This document shows, one piece after another, positions 1 through 10,030 of a DNA stretch of 64,000 nucleotides; the stretch's first letter is position 1, and each line of letters starts with the position of its first letter. Both the position numbers and the translations under genes were made by a program. Source of the DNA: Candidatus Micrarchaeia archaeon (GTDB taxonomy: Archaea; Micrarchaeota; Micrarchaeia; CABMEP01); NCBI GenBank assembly GCA_038881595.1, contig JAVZPM010000002.1:32001-96000 (forward strand), written 5' to 3'. A model generated the notes under the pieces. The model ran no database searches, was not told the DNA's origin, and saw nothing but the letters and a program-made list of their open reading frames with translations.

Positions 1-1381
1 CTTTTCCGCATGTTGCGGCATGGAGCTCAAAGTTGTCTGCTACTGCATTCACTGATTTCCATAATGTTCCAGTTGTTATTTCGATCGATGGGCCTTTTAC
101 AGGTTTTGTTATTCTTCCATTCTCTATTAGGTAAGCCTCGCTTCCTTTATATTTTTGGTTCCATCTTCTGTCATCTATGTTCCATTCCATAAAGCTTTTC
201 ATGTATATTCCATATCTTGTTTCTCTAATCATTTCTTCTTCTTTCCAATCACCAGGAAGCACAACTGTGTTCGACATTCTTATTATTGGTTCGACGGAAT
301 AGTTCGATGCTCTTGCAGACGCATTGCTTCTTATTCCAAACTTGGCTGCACTTTCTCTATTCTGCAGAAATTCATTGATTACTCCATTTTTTATAAGCAT
401 TTTTCTTCTTGCTTTAACACCTTCATCATCGTAAAGATAATATCCAAATGAATCTGGTAGTGTCGGGTCGTCAGCTACATTTACTATCTCACTGCCTATT
501 TTCATTCCAAGCATATCTTTTGTTACAAACGATTCTCCTGCCTGCGCACTTTCTCTTCCCAAAATTCTATCTGCTTCATATGGGTGGCCTACACTTTCAT
601 GCGCCATTATACCCGAAATTTCAGGAGATACAATAACCTCTATTTCTCCTTTTGGTGGTGCAATCCCATTGATTAAGTTGTCTTTAAGTGCAGTTGCTTC
701 ATTTTTTATTTTTTCGTCTATTCTCATCTCTTCTATTTTTTCAAATCCTCCAGCAATTCCATATTGCCAATGCCTTTGCACGCTTTGATTATTCTCTTTT
801 ATTGTAAAACTATAGAATAGATCTATTCTTGGAATCTTGCTTTCTATTATACTTCCCTCTGAATTTAAGTAGTACTTATTTGTAACGGTATCAACATAAT
901 AAAAAGTACTAGCAAATATCTTTGCTCTTGAATCTAAGAGTTCTCTTTCTATATCTTTAACAAATTCAATCTTTTCGTCTATTTCAATCTCACTTATTTT
1001 TTTCTTTTCTTTTACTTCATATCTTGATCTTTCATATTTTTCTTTTGAAAATTCAATTTTATCTCCTATCTTTGCAGAATTTTTTGTAGATGTGATTGAT
1101 TGCTCAATTATTCTATCTATATTCTGCTTTTCAAATGTGTTTATGCTAAAGAAACCAAGACAGCCGTCAAGTACATATCTAACTCCAATCCCTTCTTCGC
1201 TTCCGAATGAAACAGCTTCAATATTTCCATTGCTTACGTATATGCTTTCCCCTGTATCCTTTTCTAATCTTATTTCTGTATATTCTGCTCCGATTTTATT
1301 CATTTTTTCAAGCATCTGATAGGATATAGATTTTAAGTCGTCCCAATTCATTTCTTTATTTTTTTTCCTTTTTACATCCAT
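1..1381 (-). CDS. tldD: TldD/PmbA-family metalloprotease, 3' end runs off the window
   Basis: Not in the ORF track. Manual minus-strand translation from the ATG at 1381 gives MDVKRKKNKEMNWDD..., EEGIGVRYV and the TldD zinc motif HESVGHPYEADRILG (about 560-605). Confidence 0.88.
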   Translation of the reverse strand, partial: MDVKRKKNKEMNWDDLKSISYQMLEKMNKIGAEYTEIRLEKDTGESIYVSNGNIEAVSFGSEEGIGVRYVLDGCLGFFSINTFEKQNIDRIIEQSITSTKNSAKIGDKIEFSKEKYERSRYEVKEKKKISEIEIDEKIEFVKDIERELLDSRAKIFASTFYYVDTVTNKYYLNSEGSIIESKIPRIDLFYSFTIKENNQSVQRHWQYGIAGGFEKIEEMRIDEKIKNEATALKDNLINGIAPPKGEIEVIVSPEISGIMAHESVGHPYEADRILGRESAQAGESFVTKDMLGMKIGSEIVNVADDPTLPDSFGYYLYDDEGVKARRKMLIKNGVINEFLQNRESAAKFGIRSNASARASNYSVEPIIRMSNTVVLPGDWKEEEMIRETRYGIYMKSFMEWNIDDRRWNQKYKGSEAYLIENGRITKPVKGPSIEITTGTLWKSVNAVADNFELHAATCGK

Positions 1382-1440
1382 TGCATCACTATATTAATAT
1401 TTACAGGAATCAATTAAAAAGTTTACAAATAAATTAGCTT

Positions 1441-2415
1441 ATGCATAAAATGTCAGATAATATATCAGTATCTAAGAAGTTGCAAGATGCAGCAATAAAA
1501 CTCCTTAAAGAAAATGTTAGTCTAAGATATGGAGAAAACGTTCTTTTAATTACAGATAGGATTTCATGTCCTATTTTTACTGCCATCTCTGCAGCAGTAG
1601 ATCAACTTGGTGGAATTTCAACTCAAGCCTTCATAAGTCCAAACAGAGAGCACAGCTCTCCAATTCCTTATCTTAGAAATGCATGTGTTAATTCAGATGT
1701 GATAATAGGAGTAACAGACAAAAGCATCTCTCATTCTCCAGAAGTTTATGAAGCAAGGAGAAATGGAACTAGAGTTGTTTCAATGCCCGGAATAACAGAA
1801 GAACTGTTTATCAAAGGTTTAGAAGTTGATATATCAGTTATTAAAAGAATAAATTCTAAGCTTGAAAAGAAGTTGGAAAACTCAAAGATAGCAAAGGTTT
1901 TTTCTCCTTCTGGAACTATGGTTGAGATAAATATTTCAGATAGTAAATTCGATTTCAGCGACGATGGAGATGCATCTTATTCTGGAGCATTGATAAATGT
2001 ACCTTTTGGAGAGGTTTATTCGTTCATATCATCTTGCGATGGAAATATCGCAATAGACAGGTGGAGAGATGAAATCTACCCTAAAAATAAGGCAATAATA
2101 AAAGTTGAGAATGGAAAGATTGTCGGATGGAATAATGGCGCAAGTAAGTATGTTATGAATCAATTGAATGCAGGAGAATGTGGTTTGAATATTTCAGAAC
2201 TTGGCATAGGCACCAATCCTTTCATCAAAAATCCAATAGGAAACACTTTACATGATGAGAAAATTTTTGGTTCGGTGCATTTTGCATTTGGAGCAGGAAA
2301 GAAAGAGTGTCCAATACACGAGGATTTTGTGGTTTTAGAACCTACGGTTATTGTGGATGGTGAGGAATTAATTAAAAGAGGGAAATTTCTTTTTAATTTG
2401 GGAATAAAACAATAG
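1441..2415 (+). CDS. Aminopeptidase, peptidase M29 (thermophilic metalloprotease) family
   Basis: Motifs NVPFGEV, ELGIGTNP, DEKIFGSVHFAFG and HED. Confidence 0.8.
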   Translation: MHKMSDNISVSKKLQDAAIKLLKENVSLRYGENVLLITDRISCPIFTAISAAVDQLGGISTQAFISPNREHSSPIPYLRNACVNSDVIIGVTDKSISHSPEVYEARRNGTRVVSMPGITEELFIKGLEVDISVIKRINSKLEKKLENSKIAKVFSPSGTMVEINISDSKFDFSDDGDASYSGALINVPFGEVYSFISSCDGNIAIDRWRDEIYPKNKAIIKVENGKIVGWNNGASKYVMNQLNAGECGLNISELGIGTNPFIKNPIGNTLHDEKIFGSVHFAFGAGKKECPIHEDFVVLEPTVIVDGEELIKRGKFLFNLGIKQ

Positions 2416-2464
2416 CTTACAAGATCAGTGTTGATTTTTTAAATTTTTATAACCAACTAGTTTT

Positions 2465-4213
2465 ATGGATTTTTCAGAATTTGCTGAAACTGCATGTGAG
2501 CTAGAAAAAACATCTAGCAGATTAGCAATGATAGAAATTCTTTCAAAACTTTTCAAGAAGGCAGACAAAAATAATATTCAGAAATTAATCTATCTTTTAC
2601 AAGGGAGAGTCGCTCCACCATTTGAAGGCATAGAGGTAGGAATGGGTGAAAAATTTGTTGAAAAAGCAATTTCTAATTCTACAGGTTATACACTTTCGCA
2701 GGTTGAAGCCACATTCAGGAAGACAGGAGATCTAGGTACTGCAGCTGAAAAATTAGTTGAAAAAAAGAAACAGACGGCTCTTTCCACAGAATCATTGACT
2801 GTGGAAGGTGTTTTTGATTCGTTGTTAAAGATAGCAAAGACAACAGGTGAAGGAAGTCAAGACAAGAAAATAAAGCTTCTTTCTGATCTTCTTAACAGGG
2901 CAAGTCCACTTGAAGCTAGATATTTGGTTAGAATTCCTCTTGCAAATCTTCAATTGGGTGTTGGAGATCCAACAATTATGGATGCATTGTCTGTAGCGGT
3001 CAAAGGTGATAGTAGTCTTAGAGAAGAAATAGAACGTGCATACAACTTGTCCTCTGATCTCGGGACTGTGGCAAAGAATCTTTATGAGGGAAAGAAGAAA
3101 CTTTCTGAGATAAAACTTTTCAATCCGATAAGGCCTGCTTTGGCTGAGAGAGAAAATGATCCAGCTGCAATCTTAGAAAGGCATAAAACTACAATCGCAG
3201 ATTTAAAGTTAGACGGTTTTAGACTACAGATCCATAAGAAAGGAGATAAGGTAATGCTTTTTTCAAGAAGATTGGAAAATATGACGCATTCATTTCCAGA
3301 TGTTATTGAAGCTGTAAAAAACAATGTCAAGGCAGATGAGGCAATAATAGACAGTGAAGCATTGGCATATAATGAAGCAACTGGTGAAATCTATCCATTT
3401 CAATATACAATCCAGAGAAAAAGAAAGCACGGAGTGGCTGAAAAGGCTGAGGAACTTCCATTGCATGTGTTTGCTTTTGATTTAATATATGTGGATGGAA
3501 AGAATTTGATTGATGTACCATATAAACAAAGAAGAGAAATGCTTGAAAAGATAATAAAGAAAGATGGGATATCAGTCATGGAATCTATAACTACATCAGA
3601 TGTAAAAGAGCTAGAAAAATTCTTCAAAAAGTCAATTGAAATAGGGGCGGAAGGAATAGTATGTAAAGATCCAGAATCCCCATATAAGGCGGGAATGAGA
3701 GGATTCAATTGGATAAAGCTTAAGCGTTCATATAAGGGAGAGCTTGCAGATACAATTGATGTAGTTATAGTAGGCTATTTTTATGGTAAGGGTGCGAGAG
3801 CAGAGTTCAAATTTGGTGGTTTGCTCGGAGCAGTTTATGATGAAGATGAAGATACATTTAAGACTGTAGCAAGAATAGGGAGCGGATTTAGCGAGGAAAT
3901 GATGGTGAAGCTTAGGAATTTGCTTGAAAAGATAAAGACAAAAGAAAGGCCTGCCAGAGTGGACTCTTTAATCGAACCTGATGTATGGGTAAAACCATTA
4001 TATGTTGTAACAGTAAAGGCAGATGAAATAACAGAGTCTCCAATGCATACAGCTGGAAGAAAAGGAGAGACAGGGTATGCATTACGTTTTCCAAGGATGA
4101 TTGGAGATATTAGAGAGGATAAGAAGCCAGAAGATGCAACAACTGTTACAGAGATAATAAGGATGTTTAAGCTTCAAAAGCATACCGCAGTTCAATCAAG
4201 TACAGAGGCATGA
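2465..4213 (+). CDS. lig: ATP-dependent DNA ligase
   Basis: KLDG adenylation motif, EGIVCK, WIKLK and LRFPR; archaeal N-terminal DNA-binding domain. Confidence 0.97.
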   Translation: MDFSEFAETACELEKTSSRLAMIEILSKLFKKADKNNIQKLIYLLQGRVAPPFEGIEVGMGEKFVEKAISNSTGYTLSQVEATFRKTGDLGTAAEKLVEKKKQTALSTESLTVEGVFDSLLKIAKTTGEGSQDKKIKLLSDLLNRASPLEARYLVRIPLANLQLGVGDPTIMDALSVAVKGDSSLREEIERAYNLSSDLGTVAKNLYEGKKKLSEIKLFNPIRPALAERENDPAAILERHKTTIADLKLDGFRLQIHKKGDKVMLFSRRLENMTHSFPDVIEAVKNNVKADEAIIDSEALAYNEATGEIYPFQYTIQRKRKHGVAEKAEELPLHVFAFDLIYVDGKNLIDVPYKQRREMLEKIIKKDGISVMESITTSDVKELEKFFKKSIEIGAEGIVCKDPESPYKAGMRGFNWIKLKRSYKGELADTIDVVIVGYFYGKGARAEFKFGGLLGAVYDEDEDTFKTVARIGSGFSEEMMVKLRNLLEKIKTKERPARVDSLIEPDVWVKPLYVVTVKADEITESPMHTAGRKGETGYALRFPRMIGDIREDKKPEDATTVTEIIRMFKLQKHTAVQSSTEA

Positions 4214-4238
4214 TGCAGAAAATGTAAGAAGGGATTCA

Positions 4239-4880
4239 ATGGTTGGGAAAAAAGGCAAATTCATAGTACTGGAAGGAATAGATGGGTGCGGAAAGTCTAC
4301 ACAAATTGAAAATATTGCAAATTATTTGTTTTCCAAAGATAAGTCAAATCATATTTTAATTACTAGAGAGCCTACAATGATTTCAAGTTATGGGAAAAAA
4401 GTAAGAGATTTATTGAAAAAGCAAAAGAATACACAAAAAAATGCTGCGCTCTTTACCAAATTATATGTTAAGGATAGGAAATTTCATATTAATAAAATGG
4501 TTTTACCTGCAATGAAAGAAGGATGTATTGTAATAAGTGATAGATATAAATATTCAACATTTGCATATCAAATTTTGCAGGGAGATAAGCTAGAGAATCT
4601 TATGAAGCTTCATAAAGGATTAGTGGTTCCAGATTTAATCATAATATTAGACATTAGTGAAGAAGAGTCAATTAAAAGAATCAGCAATCAGAAAGAAAAA
4701 GAACTATTTGAAAAAAAAGAGTTCCTTAGGAAAGTAAGAGAGAACTACTTAAAGATGAAGGAAATATTTCCAAATGAAAACATAGTCGTAATCGATGGAG
4801 AAAAAAGTAAGGATGAAGTATTTGAGAGTATAAAGAAAGAGATAGATAAGTTATTTGAGCAAGTAAGAAGTAAAAGATGA
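4239..4880 (+). CDS. tmk: Thymidylate kinase
   Basis: EGIDGCGKST P-loop, TREP and SDRY motifs. Confidence 0.95.
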   Translation: MVGKKGKFIVLEGIDGCGKSTQIENIANYLFSKDKSNHILITREPTMISSYGKKVRDLLKKQKNTQKNAALFTKLYVKDRKFHINKMVLPAMKEGCIVISDRYKYSTFAYQILQGDKLENLMKLHKGLVVPDLIIILDISEEESIKRISNQKEKELFEKKEFLRKVRENYLKMKEIFPNENIVVIDGEKSKDEVFESIKKEIDKLFEQVRSKR

Positions 4881-4953
4881 AGTAAAAGAAAAAGTAAAAT
4901 TAAAAAATTAAAAACCAAAAAATAAAAATGATTTAAATTAATTATTCTTTCCT

Positions 4954-5406
4954 TTATTCTTTCCAAATCTCTTCTTCCTTGAACCACAAAGCAACTTCTT
5001 GTTTTCCTTCTTCTGGTGTTCCTGACGCGTGAACCACATTTTCTATTTCACCATCAGTAGTTCTTCTTCCATATTTTCCTCTTATTGTCCAAGGTTCAGC
5101 CTTTTCAGGATCGGTTGCTCCAACTATTTCTCTTGCTCTTTTTACAGCATTCTCTCCTTCGTAAACAAGCGCAAGAATTCTGTTTTCACCATGTTTCTTT
5201 CCTTGAATGAAATCAATAAGTCCATTGTAGAATGGTTTTCCTTTGTGCATTGCATAATGTGTTTCTGCAAGTTCTTTGCTTACCTTTACCACTTTTGCAG
5301 CTACTAGTTTTAATTTTGCATTTTCAAACATAATCATTACTTCTCCCATCAAACCCCTTTTCATTCCATCTGGCTTTATTAGAATAAGTGTTCGTTCTTT
5401 TTCCAT
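4954..5406 (-). CDS. ndk: Nucleoside diphosphate kinase
   Basis: ERTLILIKPDG, TIRG and NVVHAS (catalytic His). Confidence 0.97.
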   Translation of the reverse strand: MEKERTLILIKPDGMKRGLMGEVMIMFENAKLKLVAAKVVKVSKELAETHYAMHKGKPFYNGLIDFIQGKKHGENRILALVYEGENAVKRAREIVGATDPEKAEPWTIRGKYGRRTTDGEIENVVHASGTPEEGKQEVALWFKEEEIWKE

Positions 5407-5541
5407 TCTCTCACCTTATAACAATTAGTTGTTGTATAATTCTCACAAAATCTTTTTAAATCCATATTGATAATTATATCTGCACATAAATACTATATAT
5501 GAAACGATTTTTCGTTCACTCTAATTGTGGGAGGAATTTAA

Positions 5542-5835
5542 ATGGATAGAATAGCTGATTTAAGACCAGGAATGAATGCTTCAATAGAAGGGGAAGTTGT
5601 ATCTATAGAGCCTTCAAGAGAAGTTAGGACAAAATTTGGTAAATTAATAAGAGTTACAAATGCAACAATCGCAGATGATTCAGGACAGATAATAGTAACT
5701 CTTTGGGACAAGGACATAGACAGAGTTTCAATAGGGGATAAGATTAAAATTGAAAACGGTTGGGTTTCTGATTTTAAGGGTAACTTACAAATAACTGCTG
5801 GAAAAAACGGAAAATTAGAAATAATTACGAAATAA
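5542..5835 (+). CDS. ssb: Single OB-fold ssDNA-binding protein (SSB/RPA-like)
   Basis: IADL.PG, DDSGQIIVTLWD and GDKIKIENGWV OB-fold pattern; GGAGG RBS upstream. Confidence 0.85.
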   Translation: MDRIADLRPGMNASIEGEVVSIEPSREVRTKFGKLIRVTNATIADDSGQIIVTLWDKDIDRVSIGDKIKIENGWVSDFKGNLQITAGKNGKLEIITK

Positions 5836-5938
5836 CAAATTATCGAGTAATTGCAATTTTTTTATGATGCTATTCTTCTCATTTCTTTATTTTCTTATTT
5901 TTTTACCTTTTTTAAAGTTAACTATATAAAGTATATTT

Positions 5939-6454
5939 ATGGGAATATTATCTAATGTTGATATTAAAAATGCAATAAAAAAGAAAGAGATAGTTATAGA
6001 TCCAATGCCCCCTCAAGAATGTTTTGGACCAGGTTCAGTAGATGTAGCATTGAGTGACATTTTTTATATCCCAAAGAAGAAACTACCTAATATATTGGAT
6101 GCATCTAAAGACTCTTTTGAACAGATGTACGAAAAAATTAAAGCGAAAGAGATCATACTAAAACCTGGCGACTGTATTTTAGCTGTCACGGAAGAAAGAT
6201 TGATCTTAGCACCAAATATTTGTGGTTGGATACAGGGAAGAAGTAGGTTCGCAAGAATGGGTTTAACTGCACATGTTGCATCAAGCTTTATTCAACCAGG
6301 ATCGCAAAACAGACAGGTGTTAGAAATAGCCAATCTTTCAAAAGTTCCAATAAAAATTTCAAAAGGATTAAGATTATGTCAAATAATCTTTGAACGAACA
6401 AATTCAAAGCCAACTAAACCATATTCAAATATTGGAAAGTTTGCAAAACAATAA
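5939..6454 (+). CDS. dcd: dCTP deaminase
   Basis: GSVDV, GRSRFARMG and LEIAN...GLRLCQIIFE motifs. Confidence 0.88.
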   Translation: MGILSNVDIKNAIKKKEIVIDPMPPQECFGPGSVDVALSDIFYIPKKKLPNILDASKDSFEQMYEKIKAKEIILKPGDCILAVTEERLILAPNICGWIQGRSRFARMGLTAHVASSFIQPGSQNRQVLEIANLSKVPIKISKGLRLCQIIFERTNSKPTKPYSNIGKFAKQ

Positions 6455-6470
6455 TTAAATGCTTTTAGTT

Positions 6471-6617
6471 GCGGCAGTAGTCTAGCCTGGTAGGACTCGA
6501 GCTTCCCAAGAAACTATTTTAAGAAAAGAGTTTCATCAGAAAATTATGATTAAGCTTTCATATTAAAAGAAGTTTCGGGAAAAGCTCGCGACCCGGGTTC
6601 AAATCCCGGCTGCCGCA
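6471..6617 (+). tRNA. tRNA-Gly(CCC) with a 74-nt intron at position 37/38
   Basis: Acceptor stem GCGGCAG/CTGCCGC, anticodon stem CGAGC/GCTCG, anticodon CCC at 6505-6507, T-arm CCGGG-TTCAAAT-CCCGG. Confidence 0.95.
6509..6582 (+). other. tRNA intron with bulge-helix-bulge splice motif
   Basis: Central helix TTCC (6503-06) with GGGA (6577-80), 3-nt bulges, outer helix GAAACT/AGTTTC. Confidence 0.88.
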
Positions 6618-6723
6618 TATTATAATAGAAGACAGAATAGAGGATAAAAAATAAATAGTTACAAACAGTCTAAAACATAAAAAATATTAAATAAAAAATT
6701 AAAGCAAAATAAAAGAAAATCGC

Positions 6724-7992
6724 TTATTCATTAAATTCAGTTTTCTTTTTCTTTCTGAATCTTGGCAATATGAACTTGTAGATTATATATATCAAAACTG
6801 CAGCAACTGCAATTAATATTAATGGATCAGTTGGAGTTACTTTGTCATACCCGTATTTTATTGCATCCTCTTTGCTAAATACATTAACCTTTACATTTTC
6901 ATATTGCTCGTGTACATTTCCCATGGTATCTTTGTATGTTATTTTTATCGGCAATTCAATCTCTTTATTTGTAGAATTGATGTATAATTCAAATTCTGCA
7001 ACTTCAGAATCATCTGAATTTATATCACCAATATAGTAGAGGTTTGGACTTAGAATCTTATATTCATTACTTGAGTCTAGCAATTCTACAGTTGTGAATG
7101 CAATTTTTGATTCCCCTCTATTTATAATTGATATGGGAACTGTGGATTTTGCATTGTTTCTAACTATTGTTGTTTGGTCATGTAAAGCAAGCAGTGCAGG
7201 TTCTGTGATTACATCAAGAGAGATTATTGTATTCTTAGAATATGATTTTCCGAGCATATCATAATAAGTAATGGTTACAGGTATCTTATAGGACTTTGCA
7301 GTTGCATCGCTTATTGCTTTTATTGTAAATGAAATGTCTACTTCTTTTCCAATCTCTAGTATTTGAATTCTTTTTTCTGTTGTTTCGTTTACAGGGACAA
7401 AAGGAATGTCTATTCCACTTAAGTCTATCTTTGTAGTTATGTCTTTAAGTGTGCTTCCTGCAAGATTCGTGAGTGTTAATGTGAGTTTACCAACTTGGTT
7501 TGGTTTGAATTCTGATGGCTCACTTTTAACTTTGCTTATACTTATCATTGCATCTTGTGATTGGATATAAATAGGAAGTTCTGCAGACTCTTCTTGATAC
7601 CCAGAAATCTTGCAGATTATTTTAAGTTTGTTTGTTCCAGTTACTGCATTTTCGCTTATTCTAACCTTGAATCTCATAAGTGCTATATCGTTCTTCTTAA
7701 AATTACCTAAATTATAAATACCATCATCTACATTATCAATCGAAAATGGATATTTAGGATCTAGATAACATGTAAGATTTTCAATTGTCTTTTCAACAGC
7801 GGATTGTACTTTTACATAAACGTCAATATATCTTCCGGGTTCAGCAGGATATGGGTAATAATATGCACCTTCGCTTATCCTAACTCCAGCAATGTTTGCA
7901 ACATTTGGATTTATTACCCCTTGTGCATTTATTAAAACAAAAAATTGCAAAATAAACAGGTAAATATAAACAGCTTTAATTTTTTTATTCAT
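6724..7992 (-). CDS. COG1361-type S-layer-domain/Ig-fold membrane-anchored protein associated with the ABC exporter
   Basis: Signal peptide, YYPYPAEPG, repeated beta-sandwich segments, C-terminal TM helix with a basic tail; lies downstream of the ABC genes. Confidence 0.75.
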   Translation of the reverse strand: MNKKIKAVYIYLFILQFFVLINAQGVINPNVANIAGVRISEGAYYYPYPAEPGRYIDVYVKVQSAVEKTIENLTCYLDPKYPFSIDNVDDGIYNLGNFKKNDIALMRFKVRISENAVTGTNKLKIICKISGYQEESAELPIYIQSQDAMISISKVKSEPSEFKPNQVGKLTLTLTNLAGSTLKDITTKIDLSGIDIPFVPVNETTEKRIQILEIGKEVDISFTIKAISDATAKSYKIPVTITYYDMLGKSYSKNTIISLDVITEPALLALHDQTTIVRNNAKSTVPISIINRGESKIAFTTVELLDSSNEYKILSPNLYYIGDINSDDSEVAEFELYINSTNKEIELPIKITYKDTMGNVHEQYENVKVNVFSKEDAIKYGYDKVTPTDPLILIAVAAVLIYIIYKFILPRFRKKKKTEFNE

Positions 7993-8043
7993 ACACTCAC
8001 CATTTTTTAATTAATATTGAGAAGCAAATTATTAAAGACTATC

Positions 8044-8790
8044 TTATTTCTTCTTTATATTATTGAAGTCAAATTCATGATTTTTTGAATCTCTGATTAT
8101 GACTCCATCTCTTAATTCAATTATTCTCTCTGCATGTTCTGCTACGAATCTTTCATGTGTTACTACTATGACAGTTCTGTTCTCTTCTTTGTTAAGTTTT
8201 GTTAACAACCCCATTATCTCAAGTCCGCTTTTGTAATCAATATTTCCAGTAGGTTCATCAGCAAGTATTACTTCAGGCTCCACCACTAATGCTCTTGCTA
8301 TTGCAACTCTTTGTTGTTCTCCACCAGAAAGTTCTCTTGGAAGATGATTCATCCTGTGGCTCATTCCAACTTTCTCAAGCATTTTTCTACTCTTTTCTTT
8401 CGCTTCGTCCATAGATATATCTTTAAACATCAATGGAAGCATTACATTTTCAAGTGCAGTTAGTGTGGGTATAAGATTGAATGATTGGAAAACAAAACCA
8501 ATTTTCTTTCCTCTCCATTGAGCAAGTTCGCTCTCTGATAAGGTAGTTATATCAATATTGTCAAGTTTTATTTTTCCAGTAGTAGGTAGATCAAGGCTCC
8601 CAATCATGTTCATTAATGTACTTTTTCCACTTCCAGAATGGCCTATTATAGCAACGAATTCTCCTTCATATATTTTCAGATTGATTCCACAAAGCGCATT
8701 AACCTTCACGTCACCCATCTGATAGGTTTTTCTTACATTCTCAAGTTCGATTATTATTCTTTTATTTTCCTTTTGTCTCTCTTTTTTCAT
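8044..8790 (-). CDS. ABC transporter ATP-binding protein (LolD/MacB type)
   Basis: GHSGSGKST, LSGGEQQRVAIARAL, ADEPTGN and VVTH. Confidence 0.95.
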   Translation of the reverse strand: MKKERQKENKRIIIELENVRKTYQMGDVKVNALCGINLKIYEGEFVAIIGHSGSGKSTLMNMIGSLDLPTTGKIKLDNIDITTLSESELAQWRGKKIGFVFQSFNLIPTLTALENVMLPLMFKDISMDEAKEKSRKMLEKVGMSHRMNHLPRELSGGEQQRVAIARALVVEPEVILADEPTGNIDYKSGLEIMGLLTKLNKEENRTVIVVTHERFVAEHAERIIELRDGVIIRDSKNHEFDFNNIKKK

Positions 8791-8812
8791 CTAATCACCA
8801 ATATTTATTTAC

Positions 8813-10021
8813 TTAAATCCTTAAGCTTTCAGCAGGCTTCATTTTCGCAGCACGGAGTGCTGGAAGTGATCCGCTTATGCTTCCCACAAGAAATGAAAAT
8901 AACAAGCTACCAATAATAAGCCAAGGTGGAGTGGATGCACCAAATGGATAACCCGTGCTAAGTGTAATTGTTTCAATTCCTTTGCTTATAGCAATTCCAA
9001 CAACAGTTCCAATCACCCCACCAACTAATCCCAATATCCCTGATTCTATCAAAAATATCATCATTATGTCTCTATTTCTTGCACCAACCGCCTTCATTAT
9101 TCCTATTTCTCTTGTTCTCTCTAAAACAGATGTATACATTGTATTCATTATTCCAATTCCACCAACAATAAGTGATATCGCAGCTATTCCGATAACTATA
9201 ATCTGGACTATAGAGATTACTGCACCATAAGTTTCATAGAGCTGCTGTGGTGTCTGGACTGTAAAGTCTTCTTCTCCTTCTTTTAGGTTTCTATCCTTTC
9301 TTAGCGCATCTTTAACTCTTTCTGCAACAAGATCTATCGGATAGTTTTCTTTAACGGTGGCCCAGATAGTTATATATCCAATGTCGCCATATATTTCCCT
9401 CATTGCTGAAAGAGGAATATACACTTGTTTGTCATCTTCTTCACTTCCTACTCTTTCTGCTATCCCAACAATTGTAAATTTCTTTCCTTTTATTGTAATT
9501 TCATCTCCAACTTTTAATTTTTTCTTAAAAATATCACCATTTGCATAAAGCCATCCAACAACTGCTTTATAATTATCATTAGGTTGTAATTCTCTTCCAT
9601 TCTCTGGAGATATGGAACTTATTTCTTTAAGACTTAGTTTAGCAGGATCATAACCGATTACGAAAGCATATTTTATTTCATTCCCACTTTCAATCCCTGC
9701 TAACGTTGCAGAAAATCCAGCAGCCTTTTCAATTCCATTTACTCTCTGTATAATTTTTACATCATGGTCCGTCATTTGAATAGATCCTACAGTGGCTGCA
9801 AGAAGCCCGTAAATTCCACTTCCAGGAAATATATAAATTGCGTTAGGATTTAACATTGAAAATTGTCTGTCAATTGTTTCTTTCAGACCTTGGCCTATTG
9901 ATACGAGCGCAACAAGTGCTGCAATACCAATAAATATACCTATCACAGTAAGCCAGGATCTAGTTGGTTTTTGTTTAAATGTTCTTAATGCCAAATTGAA
10001 ATAATAGATGAATGATACCAT
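8813..10021 (-). CDS. ABC permease, MacB/FtsX family (paralogue 2)
   Basis: RSWLT.IGI N-terminal TM helix, large extracellular domain, ERTREIGIMKAVGA and three C-terminal TM helices. Confidence 0.93.
   Translation of the reverse strand: MVSFIYYFNLALRTFKQKPTRSWLTVIGIFIGIAALVALVSIGQGLKETIDRQFSMLNPNAIYIFPGSGIYGLLAATVGSIQMTDHDVKIIQRVNGIEKAAGFSATLAGIESGNEIKYAFVIGYDPAKLSLKEISSISPENGRELQPNDNYKAVVGWLYANGDIFKKKLKVGDEITIKGKKFTIVGIAERVGSEEDDKQVYIPLSAMREIYGDIGYITIWATVKENYPIDLVAERVKDALRKDRNLKEGEEDFTVQTPQQLYETYGAVISIVQIIVIGIAAISLIVGGIGIMNTMYTSVLERTREIGIMKAVGARNRDIMMIFLIESGILGLVGGVIGTVVGIAISKGIETITLSTGYPFGASTPPWLIIGSLLFSFLVGSISGSLPALRAAKMKPAESLRI
8994..9205. repeat. 212-bp direct repeat, copy 1
   Basis: Identical by eye to 10215..10426 (offset 1221). 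Confidence 0.9.
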
Positions 10022-10030
10022 ATTCTCTCC

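Noticed and set aside
10..1319. Short plus-strand ORFs in the track (10..192, 155..451, 448..636, 1092..1319)
   Set aside because: They are antisense shadows of the minus-strand tldD gene, which the track missed.
5503..5516. Palindrome AACGA-N4-TCGTT upstream of ssb as an operator
   Set aside because: It is a single short instance with no second copy seen, so it cannot be told from chance.
6509..6582. Box C/D guide RNA inside the long tRNA introns
   Set aside because: Only box-C-like ATGATTA/GTGATTG is present, with no correctly placed CTGA box D on the sense strand.
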